DNA from: Squalus acanthias
Taxonomy: Eukaryota
NCBI GenBank assembly: GCA_030390025.1
Contig: JASTWF010000035.1
Coordinates: forward strand, 2,666,001 to 2,730,000
Length of the DNA stretch: 64,000 nt
Direction of reading: 5' to 3'
The position numbers and the translations under genes are program-made. Below, in pieces: positions 26,501 through 38,532 of this stretch (the first letter of the stretch is position 1; each line of letters opens with the position of its first letter). The notes below the pieces were generated by a model. That model did no database searches. It was not told the DNA's origin and was given only the letters and a program-made list of their open reading frames with translations.

Positions 26501-29500
26501 GGAGGAATTTCTTCTCTCAGAGGGTCGTAAATCTTTGGAATTCTCTGCCCCAAAGAGGTGTGGAGGCTGGGTTATTGAATATATTTAAGGTGGAGATAGA
26601 CAGATTTTTGAACAATAAGGGAGTCGAGGGTTATGGGGAGCGGGCAGGGAAATGGAGCTGAGCCCAAGATCAGATCAGCCATGATCTCACTGAATGGCGG
26701 AGCAGGCTCGAGGGGCCAAATGGCCTACTCCTGCTCCTATTTCCTATGTTGTTATGTTATGTTTAATTTTCTGCCTGTGGGCACCTCTGACCGAAGGAAT
26801 GGCCGACTGAGGCACGGACTCCTGCATGACTATGTTAACAATACAGTCTGTGCAGGGTAACCTTGTGTTACTCTACCTTTCACTGTGTGCATTCTGCTAT
26901 TAATGTTAATGAAAAAACAAATTGTAACATAATTAAGTATTGCTACTTCACAAGGAGTCACTCTATGCCGGAGCAAGTTTCCTCCGGCCACGAGACCTTA
27001 GTGGATATAGCGAGAAAGTTGATGGTGACTCCTGAATTGCCTACCTCTAGTTTTAAGGTGATGCCTCTTTGTTTTGGATGCCCCCACTAGAGGAAATAGT
27101 TTCTCTGCATCTACCCATTCGAATCCCTTAATCATTTTAAACATTTTGATCAGATCACCCCTCAACCTTCGAAACTCAAGGGAATACAAACCAAGTTTAT
27201 GCAACCTGTCCTCATAATTTAGCCCAAGCCCTGGCATCATTCTGGTTAATCTGCAGTCTACCCCCTCCAAGGCCAATATATCTTTCCTTAAAGAAGATTA
27301 TGCAAATCTGTACACAGTGCGTGGAGTGAAATTTGTTTCTGTAAAGATGTTTAATATCAAATACAATAAGCATACCAAAATGCAGAAAATTTCACTCATG
27401 TTAGTTGCTGCAGTATTGTGTGATCTATACCCTTCCAGGAATAACAAGATTTATAAATTATTATTAGATAGAACATTATTAGATTTAATTTTCTTATTTT
27501 TTAAATTCATGTTCCCCAACAGAGAGAGTGAGGGAAGGCCCAGGCTTTTGCATAGACTGCTTGGATAACTTTTAACCAATTTCCCTCTCATCCCTGTGGG
27601 AAAGCAGCTCAGTGCTGCTCCCAGACAGCACAGCAAAGGCTGAGGACTCCCTGTCTGAAGCTGCTGCTTCCATATAAAGCATACTGACACGTGGCATTCC
27701 CATCCAGTCCTTGTTCCTTTATATCAATACTTGTTTGCTCTTGTTTTCCTAGGATACTACTGCTGAAAGTTTGGGCATTGCTTCCAATTTAGCTCATGGA
27801 ATTGGACACAATCTGGGAATGGACCATGACTTCCCAGCTCCAACATGTGTCTGTACAGACAAAAAAGCCGGCTGCATCATGGCAGAAGTCCGAGGGTGAG
27901 AAATATGTAGAATGTAGACTGTTGATAGTTGTGGACAACAGGTCAGATTGTTGATGATACAACGTTCAGGTGGGGGAGAGGTTACAAAGCACAGGGAGAA
28001 ATGGACAAGACACAGAAGATTGAAATAGATTGGGTGCACCCTGCTGTGGCAACCGAAGGTCGGAGTGGCAGCCTGCTGCTCCAAAAGGGGAAGCTTGAGA
28101 CCCAGAGGGACCGATTACCATTGCACCCGATACTGTTGGGGCCTTCAGGAGCCTCAGTAACGGGCCGTCCACCTGCTTTCAGCCGATGTACATCCCAGTA
28201 AGCCTAACAGGGTACTGGGTGGAATTCCTCGGGAAGCCCCGATCACCTGCTGGTGGCCCCAAACTGCCATTCACCCATTAGGGAGTGGACAGAAGAAGTG
28301 TCTGTCCCGTCAGAGCTCAACTTATACGACATATTCGGCCCTGAATTGCAGCTCGCCCATCGAGGTTGCGGTCGAATTGCACTTCACTGAAACTGGCCAA
28401 TTTCTTCCCTTTCATAAGAACATAAGAAATAAGAGCAGGAGTAGGCCATACGGCCCTCGAGCCTGCTCCGCCATTCAATAAGATTATGGCTGATCTTCGA
28501 CCTCAACTCCACTTTCCCGCCCGATCCCCATATCCCTTGATTCCCCCAGAGTCCAAAGATCTATCGATCTCAACCTTGAATATACTCAAAGACTCAGCCT
28601 CCACAGCCCTCTGGTGCAGAGAATTCCAAAGATTCACAACCCTCTGAGTGAAGAAATTCTTCCTCATCTCAGTCTTAAATGGCCTACCCCTTATCCTGAG
28701 ACTATGCCCCCTAGTTCTAGACTCTCCAGCCAGGGGAAACAGCCTCTCAGCATCTACCCTGTCAATCCCCCTCAGAATCTTATGTTTCAATGAGATCACC
28801 TCTCATTCTTCTAAACTCCAGAGAGTATAGGCCCATTCTACACAATCTCTCATCATAGGACAGTCCTCTCATCCCAGGAATCAATCTAGTGAACCTTTGT
28901 TGCACCGCCTCCAAGGCATGTATATCCTTCCTTAGATAAGGAGACCAAAACTGTGCCCAGTACTCCAGGTATGGTCTCACCAAGGCCCTGTACAATTGCA
29001 GCAAGACTTCCTTACTCTTATACTCCAACCCCCTTGCAATAAAGGCCAACATGCCATTTGCCTTCCTTATTGTTTGCTGTACCTGCATGCTAACTCTCTG
29101 TGTTTCTTGCATGAGGACCTAAATCTCTCTGAACACCAACATTTAAAAGTTTCTCGTATTCTGTTTTTCTATTCTTCCGACCAAAGTGAATAACCTCACA
29201 TTTCCCTACATTATACTCTATCTGCCGCCTTATTGTCCGCTCACTTAACCTGTCCATATCCTTTTGCAGACTCTTTGTGTTCTCCTCACAGCTTACTGTT
29301 CCACCTAGCTTTGTATCGTCAGCAAACTTGGATACATTACACTCGGTCCCTTCATCTAGGTCATGAATATAGATTGTGAATAGCTGAGGCCTAAGCACTG
29401 ATCCTTGTGGCACCCCACTAGTTACAGCCTGCCAATCTGAAAAAGACCCGTTTATCCCTACTCTCTGTTTTCTGTCCGGTAACCAATCCTCTTCGGGAGT

Positions 29501-32500
29501 TCTCCAGTGCCCTGGTGATCATTTCTCCTTTATCCAATATCACCGAAGAACATTAGCTGGACATTTACTTCATTGCTGTTTGTGGGATCTTGCTGTGTGC
29601 AAGTTAGCTCCCATGTTTGCTGACATAACAGCTGTGACTACACTTCACAAGCCATTCTTTAGCTGTGATGTGCTGTGGGATGTCCTTTCTTTTTGTTTTT
29701 CCCAGGAGTCTTCTCTTAGGCAGTCCCTCGGAACCGAGGATGACTTGCTTCCACATTAAAAATGAGTTCTCAGGTGACTGATGAGTCCAATGCGGGACCT
29801 ACAGTCTCTGTCACAGGTGGGGCAGACGGTGGTTGAAGGGGCGGGTGGGTGGGGTGCTTGGGTTGACGTGTGCTCCTTCCGCTGTTTGCGCTTGGCTTCC
29901 GCTTGCTCCCGGTGAAGAGACTCGAGGTGTTCGGCGCCTTCCCGGATGCTCCTCCTCCACTTTGTGCGGTCTTGGGCCAGGGATTCCCAGGTGTCGGTGG
30001 GGATGTTGCACTTTTTCAAGGAGGCTTTGAGGGTGTCCTTGAAGCGTTTCCTCTGCCCACCTGGGGCTCTCTTGCCATGTCGGAGCTCCGAGTATAGCGC
30101 TTGTTTTGGGAATCTCATATCGGGCATGCGGACAATGTGACCCGTCCATCAGAGCTGATCGAGCGTGGTCAAAGCTTCGATGCTGGGGATGTTGGCCTGA
30201 GCGAGAACACTGACGTTGGTGCGCCTATCCTGCCAATGGATTTGCAGGATCTTGCGGAGGCTGCTTTGGTGGTACCTCTCCAGTGCTTCAAGGTGCCTGC
30301 TGTACATGGTCCATGTCTCTGAGCCATACAGGAGGGCGGGTATCACTACTGCTCTGTAGACCATGAGCTTGGTGCTGGGTTTGAGGTCCTGGTCTTCAAA
30401 CACTCTCTTCCTCAGGCGACCGAAGGCTGCACTGGCACACTGAAGGCGGTGTTGGACTTCGTCATCGACGTCTGCCCTTGTTGAGAGTAGGCTCCCGAGG
30501 TATGGAAAGTGGTCCACGTTGTCCAAGGCCTTGTCGTGGATTTTGATAATCGGGGGGCAGTACTGTGTAGTGGGGGTAGGTTGGTAGAGGACCTTTGTCT
30601 TACAGATGTTTAGTGTAAGGCCCATACTCTCGTACGCTTCGGTGAAGGTTTTTGGCGATGGTTTGGAGTTCGACCTCCGAGTGTGTGCATATTGCAATTC
30701 GACGACAGAGGATGGGACGACCTTGGATCTGGACTGGAGGCGACGGAGATTGAACAGTTTCCCGTTTGTTCTGCAAATTAGCTCCACTCCAGCGGGGAGC
30801 TTACTGAGGGTGAGATGGAGCATTGCAGCAAGGAAGATCGAGAAGAGCGTTGGTGCGATGACACAGCCTTGCTTGACCCCGGTCCGTACCTGAATTGGGT
30901 CTGTGGTGGAACCGTTGGTCAGGATCACGGCTTGCATGTTGTCGTGAAGCAGGCAGAGGATGGTGACAAACTTTTGAGGTCAGCCGAATTTGAGGAGGAC
31001 ACTCCATAATCCCTCACGGTTGACAGTGTCGAAGGCCTTTGTGAGGTCAAAGAAGGCCATGTACAGCGGTTGGTGCTGTTCCCTGCATTTCTTTTGTAAT
31101 TGACGCGCGGTGAAGATCATGTCCATTGTGCCCCTTAGTGGGCGGAATCCGCATTGCAACTCTGGGAGGAGCTCTTCAGCCACTGGGAAAAGGCGATTGA
31201 GGAGGATTCCTGCGATGACTTTCCCTGTGGCAGACAGCAGGGAAACTCCTCTGTAATTACCGCAATCGGACTTGTCACCTTTCTTGAAGATGGTCACAAT
31301 TGCGGCATCTCTGAGATCCCCTGGCATGCTCTCCTCCTTCCAGATAAGAGAAATGAGTTCATGAATTCGTGCCAGTAGTGCTTCTCCGCCATGCTTTAGT
31401 GCCTCGGCAGGGATTCCGTCTGCTCCTGAGGCCTTGTTGTTCTTCAGTTGTCGGGTGGCCTTTTCAACCTCTTGCCGGTCTGGGATTGTGCTGAAATGGT
31501 GGCGGGTAGCATGCTGCGGGATGGAGTTGAGGACACTCGTGTCGAAGACACAATCTCGGTGAAGGAGATCTTCGAAGTGCTCTTCCAGCGGGCACTGACT
31601 GCCTCCCTGTCCTTGATGAGTACCTCTCCGTTCTTGGCCCGCAGTGGGTTAGGACCTTGGGTGCTTGGGCCATAGATGGTCTTGACTGCGCTAAAGAATC
31701 CGCGCACGTCGTGGTTGTCGGCTAGCTGCTGGATCTCCTGCACTTTCTCTACCCACCATCTGTTCTTTAGGTCGTGAGCTTTTTGTTGGACCTCGGCCTT
31801 CAGGCATCTGTAGAGCTGCTTTCTTGCACTCAAGTTGTGTTGCTGTTTCCAGATCAGGACTGCCTTGCGCTTGCGGCTTATGAGCTCCTGGATATCTTGG
31901 CCGTTCTCGTCGAACCAGTCTTGGTGTTTCCTGGTCGAGTGACCGAGCGTCTCGTCACAGGTGCTGATTATGGAGGCCTTGAGTGCAGACCAGGCGCTGT
32001 GGGCACTCTGTGTCTCTGAATCACTGGGAGTCGTCAGGTTGGTTGTGAGGCACAGGCTGAATAGGGCTTTCTTAGCGGGGTCTTTGAGTGCTCCAGCGTT
32101 GATTTTCCTGAGGCATTGTTTCTGAGTACTGTGTGAATTCCGCATTGCTGTTATTGGCAGGTCTCACCAGACCATCCATGATTCTGGTCAGGAAATGGGT
32201 GACTTATTCCAAGGCCACTCCCGAACAAGTTAGTAGGAAGTATACAGTAGGGTCCCACTCACGGCCCAATGTTTGATTTCCCCCTTTAAAAGCAGTGCTC
32301 TCGAGATCAAGGTTTGCATAGTCTGTCGGATTGTTTTTCCACCCTCTCAGTTTTGATTGCTTAATTTATTCTTTCAGACTTCAGCCAGCACAGGTCTTCA
32401 GTAGCTGCAGCAGAGATTCCCTGCAACGCAGCCTAGCCCGTGGTATTGGGATGTGCCTTTATAACCTGCCTGATCCCAGTATGTTGGTTCGAGGACAGAA

Positions 32501-35500
32501 ATGTGGAAATTCCTATGTGGATCCAGGCGAAGAGTGTGACTGTGGAAAGCCTGAGGTAGGCCATGAGCGGACAGAATAATGTGAAAGAGGCACAGACCCT
32601 CGGATTCTGTAATGCAGAAACGTTCATTTTTACTGAACTTTTTTTGACTGAAATAGCAGAATATAAGATTTATTATTAAGTGTTGTGGACGATACGACTC
32701 ACAAGTTATGTCACAGGTCATGGAATGCATTCGGGACAGTTTCCTTGAACAATATGTCATGGAACCAAGCAGGGAACAGGCTATTTTAGATCTTGTATTG
32801 TGTAATGATACAAGGTTAATTAGCAATCTGCTAGTAAAGGATCCTCTGGGGCAGAGTGATCATAATATGATAGAATTTCACCTGAATTTTGAGAGTGACT
32901 TGCCTAAGTGCGAAACTGGAGCCTTAAACTTATATAAAGCCAATTACATAGGTATGAGGGGCGAGTTGGCTAAGGTAGATTGGAAAAATAGATTAAAAGG
33001 TATGGCGGTAGATAAGCAGTGGCTAGCATTTAAAGAAATATTTCATAATTCTCAACAAAAATACATTCCATTGAGAAACAAAAACTCCACGGGAAAAGTG
33101 ATCCAACCGTGGAATGGTGGCTCGAGGGGACGTATGGCGTACTCCTGCTCTTATTTCTTATGTTTCTTTCTTTTTTATTCCCAATTTATTTTCTGTGGTT
33201 GTCAGTGTAAGAAACAATTGGAATTCCCTTTGGACTATCTGTTCAACGGTTCGAAGCTGACTCCATATTGGTAACAATTATGATTTTATTTAAGCATAAG
33301 TGAGACTTAATACACTCAGTATTTGAGAAGCAGTTTACAAAGTACAGTTGAGAACTATATTACCTGTTATAATTGTCCTATGGGTAGTAGGAGTAGCCCA
33401 TTCCTCGTTCCTCCGACTCACATACACGTTTGCACCTGTCCGGATCAGTGCCCTTGTTGGCCCTTCTACACTGAGAATGATCCAAACCTTCTAGGACATA
33501 CCCCAAATACCAGAGCTGCAGACAAATCCATCTAATCCAAGCAAGTTCTGTGTCCAGGCACAGGCCTTGGGCCTCCTTTATCTTCTTTTCAGCCTTAGCA
33601 CAAACGTTTCCCGTTCTTGTTTTCTGTTTCCATGGTGATGACGCAACCCAGGATCTTGAGGAAAACAAGTTGAAATTAGAATCCAGGTTGTAACATACCT
33701 TCGCCTAATTCAAACGCAGAAAATAGCAAGTTGGATCCTAAATTGGCTCAGTGGCAGGAAGCAAAGGGTAATGGTCGAAGGTTGCTTTTGTGACTGAAAG
33801 GTCGTTTCCAGTGGAGTTCCGCAGGGCTCAGTACTGGGTCCCTTGCTTTTTGTGGTATATATTTAGATTTCAATGTGGGGGGTATGATTAAGAAGTTGGC
33901 AGATGATACAAAAATTGGCCGTGTGGTTGATAGTGAGGAAGAAAGCTGCAGACTGCAGGAAGATATCAATGGACTGGTCAGGTGGGCAGAACAGTGGCAA
34001 ATGGAATTCAATCTGGAGAAGTGTGAGGTAATGCATTTTGGGAGGGCTAACAAGGCAAGGGAATACACAATAAATGGTAGGATACTGAGAGTTGTAGAGG
34101 AACAGAGGGACCTTGGAGTGCATTTACAGCGCATGTATGTAAACGCAGGAAGTGTGGTAAATAAGATTGGTGAGCGGCAGGCGCAAATAGCCACATGGGA
34201 ATATGATGTTGTGGCGATAACGGAGACCTGGCTCAAAAAAGGGCGGGATTGGGTACTAAATATTCCTGGATATAAGGTGTTCAGGATAGATAGGGATGGA
34301 AAGAAAGGAGGTAGGGTGGCAATATTGATTAAGGAGAATATTACAGTGCTGGAGAGAGAGGATGTCCTGGGGGGGTCAAGGACAGAATCTATTTGGTTAG
34401 AGTTAAGAAACAATAGTGGTGCCATTACACTACTCGGTGTATTCTATAGGCCACCAACTAGTGGGAAGGATATAGAGGAGCAAATTTGCAGGGAAATTAC
34501 AGAGAGGTGCAAGAACGAGAGAGGAGTGATTATGGGGGACTTCAATTATCCTAATATAGACTGGGATAGTAATAGTGTAAAGGGCAGAGAGGGGGAAGAA
34601 TTTCTGAAGAGTGTTCAGGAGAACTTTCTTGATCAGTACCGTTCCGGACCAACGAGGAAGGAGGCATTGCTGGATCTGGTTCTGGGGAATGAGGTGGGTC
34701 ATGTGGAGCAAGTTTCAGTCGGGGAACAGTGATCATAGTATCAGAAGGCTTAGGTTAGCTATGGAAAAGGACAAAGGGCAAACTAGAGTCAAATTACTTA
34801 ATTGGAGGAGGGCCAATTTCAGTGGGTTGAGAACGGACCTGGCCGGGGTATTGGAATCAAAGATTGGCAAGCAAAGCTGTAATTGAACAATGGGCTGCCT
34901 TTAAAGAGGAGATGGTTCGGGTACAGTCGAGGTACATTCCCACGCGGGGGAAAAGTAGGGCAACCAAAGAACATAACATAAGAAATAGGAGCAGCAGTAG
35001 GCCATTTGGCCCTTCGAGCCTGCTCCGCCATTCAATAAGATCATGGCTGATCTTCTACCTCATCTCCACTTTCCTGCACTATCCCCATATCCCTTGATTC
35101 CCTTAATATTCAAAAATCTATTGATCTCTGTCTTGAATATACTCAACAACTGAGCCTGCACAGCCCTCTGGGGTAGAGAATTCCAAAGATTCATCACCCT
35201 CTGAGTGAAGAAATTTCTCCTCATCTCAGTCCTAAATGGCCGACCCCTTATTCTGAGACTGTGACCCCTGGTACTAGACTCCCCAGCCAGGGGAAACATC
35301 CTCCCTGCATCTACCCTGTCAAGCCCTGTAAGAATTTTGTATGTTTCAATGAGATCACCTCTCATTCTTCTAAACTCTAAGCGGTAGAAATTAGGTCGCG
35401 CCCCATTTGGGGCGCAAATATCGTCTGGACGCAAATATTAGCGCCTGGCGCTAATTATCGGCACTGACAGGAAACTTCACTTTTACCGCCCCGGGAGGTG

Positions 35501-38500
35501 AGTGGAGCGCTAAAGCAGGCGCTGCACACCTGTCTTAAGGCGCAAAGGCCAAGGAGTGAGGCGCTAACTCAGAGCGCTGGCGAAGCTCATGTAATGTCAG
35601 TCAGCAATGAAACACACACACAATGGCACGGGCCAGTTCTTAAAGGGGATGGTTAATCTTGCTTTCCATCCACATCCTGTTCATTGCAGCCTTGAATCTC
35701 GGCCTGGAGAGACTTGCACATCAAATGTGCTGGAAAGAACAATGGAGAGTACCAGGCAAAGAGCTCAGAGTGCAGCTCCCACAGTCTCTACTAAATCGAT
35801 ACAAGGAATGGCAAATCAAAATGAACCTGCAAAGTGCTGCTCAGTACCCAAAACTCCTTCACACAACGTTGAATCTCTCCAGAAGTCTCTCCCTCTCTCT
35901 CTCAGAATGCGTAGTTCAAAAATGCCACCAACAATAAAAGCCAGGAAGAGGCCCCCTTTAAATAGCGCCACCCCCAGCCCCACAGCGATTGATAGCGTTC
36001 CAGTCTTCTGGTCGTTGGATGCGCCAGGCGGTAAGGCAGGGGGCGCCACTCAATTTCCGCTCCGGGGCGCCACAAGGGCGTTGCACCATGGAATGACGTC
36101 ACAATCTGCGCGCGCAGGTGGTCGCAGCGGTAAGTTTTAGCGCCGCCGCACAATCTCAAGTAAAGTTCTCGAGCGACGCAAACATCGCTGCGCACGGGCG
36201 TTAGCGGCTTTGCGCCCCATTAGCGCCCTCTTAAGGCGCTAACGGGAGGCGCAACCAAGTGAATTTTTACCCCTAAGGAATATAGGCCTAGTCTACTCAA
36301 TCTCTCCTCATAGGACAATCCCCCCATCCCAGGAACCAGTCTGGTGAACCTTCGTTGCACTCCCTCTATGGTAATTATATCCTTCCTTAGGTAAGGAGAC
36401 CAAAACTGTACACAATACTCCAGGTGTGGTCTCACCAGGGCCCTATATAATTGGAGTAAGATGTCTTTAATCTTATACTCAAATCCTCTTGTAATAAAGG
36501 CCAACATACCATTTGCTTTCCTAATTGCTTGCTGTACCTGCATGTTAACTTTCAGTGACTCGTGTACAAGGACACCCAGGTCCCTCTGAACACCAACATT
36601 TCCCAATCTCTCACCATGTAAAAAATAATCTACTTTTCTATTTTTCCTACCAAAGTGGATAAGTGGTCAGTGTCAGCTGTGGCTCAGTGGGTAGCATACT
36701 CACCTCTGAGTCAGAAGGTTTGTGGGTTCAAATCCCACTCCAGGGACTTGAACACATAAAGCTAGGCTGGCATTCCACTCCAGTGCAGTGCTGAGGGAGT
36801 GCTGCACTGTTGGAGGTGCCGTCTTTCGGATGAGACGTTAAACCGAGGCCCCGTCTGCTCTCTCAGATGGACGTAAAAGATCCCATGGCACTATTTCGAA
36901 GAAGAGCAGGGGAGTTATCCCCGGTGTACTGGCCAATATTTATCCCTTAACAAAAGCAGTTTATCTGGTCATTATCACATTACTGTTTGTGGGACCCTGC
37001 TGTGCGCAAACTGGCTGGCGCGTTTCCCACATTACAACAGTGACTACTTCATTGGCTGTAAGGTGCTTTGAGACATCCGGTGGTCGTGAAAGGTGCTATA
37101 TAAATGCAAGTTTTTTTTCCTTTATAACTTCACATTTCTCCACATTATATTCCATTTGCCATGTTCTTGCCCACTCACTTAGCCTGTCTATATCCCCTTG
37201 AAGCCTCCTTGCATCCTCCTCACAACTTACATTCCCACCCAGCTTTGTATCATCAGCAAACTTGGATATATTACATTTGGTCCCCTCATCCAAATCATTG
37301 ATGTACATTGTGAATAGCCGAGGCCCAAGCACTGATCCTTGCGGTACCCCACTAGTTACAGCCTGTCAACCCGAAAATGACCCGTTTATTCCTACTCTCT
37401 GTTTTCTGTCCGTTAACCAATCCTCAATCCATGCTAGTATATTACCCCCAATCCCATGATCCATAATTTTGTTTAATAACCTCTTGTCTTCTGAAAATCC
37501 AAATACACCACATCCATTGGTTCCCCCTTATCTATTCTGCTAGTTACAACCTCAAAAAACTCTAACAGATTCATCAAACACGATTTCCCTTTCATAAATC
37601 CGTGTTGACTCTTCCCAATCCTATTATTATTTTCTGAGTGCCCTGTTACCACATCCTTAATAATAGATTCTAGCATTTCCCCTGCTACTGATGTCAGGCT
37701 AACTGGTCTGTAGTTCCCCGTTTTCTCTCTCCCTCCTTTCTTAAATAGTGGGGTTACATTTGCAACTTTCCAACCCGTGGAAACTGTTCTAGAATCTATG
37801 GAATTTTGGAAAATGACAACCAATGCATCCACTATCTCTATAGCCACCTCTTTCAAAACCCTAGGATGTAAGCCATCAGGTCCAGGGGATTTATCAGCTT
37901 TCAGTCCCATTAATTTCTCCAGTACTATTTTTTTACTCATACTAATTTCTTTCAGTTCCTCATTCTCGCTAGACCATTTGTTCTCCACTGTTTTCGGGAA
38001 GTTTTTTGCGTCTTCTTCTGTGAAGACAGACACAAAGGGCTGGATTTTCAATGACCTGTGGAGTCGGGTTTGGAGGCGTGTGGGGGGTTAAAGTTGCAGA
38101 TTCGGGGGTCCCGACCCCATCCCGCCTCCACCCAATTTTGATAAAATCATGTGCGATGTTCCTGACTCTGTCCCGCCTCCAAGAGGCGGGAGAGGCCATT
38201 AAAGCCCTTAACAAGCCCTAAATTGGCTCTGTAATGCCATTTTGAAACGTTTTAGCTAGTTTAACCCTTTTCCGACGTGAAGCACGCCTGATGTGAAACA
38301 CGCCAGTGAAACCTGGCGGGAGCACATGTGGATAGCTGACTATCAGCTGCAGGTCCACTATTACAACAGAAATGTGATGAAGCTAGTAGTAGTATTAGGT
38401 CTGAAAGTCGCCTCTGATGCTGCTGCATTGAATGTCTTCAGAGACTGCCTGGCCTTTGCTGTGAGAGGACCTGGATGCAAAAAAAATTCTCTTTCTCTCT

Positions 38501-38501
38501 C

Positions 38502-38532
<31 letters not shown>

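Noticed and set aside
33875..34732. 285-aa ORF with RT sequence preceding endonuclease sequence, suggesting a novel domain order
   Set aside because: Chance in-frame junction (~34125) of two separate CR1 fragments.
35607..36140. 177-aa ORF in MITE copy 1, repeated as 165 aa at 58449-58946
   Set aside because: The similarity reflects near-identical MITE copies. The frame is not preserved in the diverged copy at 57368-58246 and has no domain beyond nine Myb-gene start codons.
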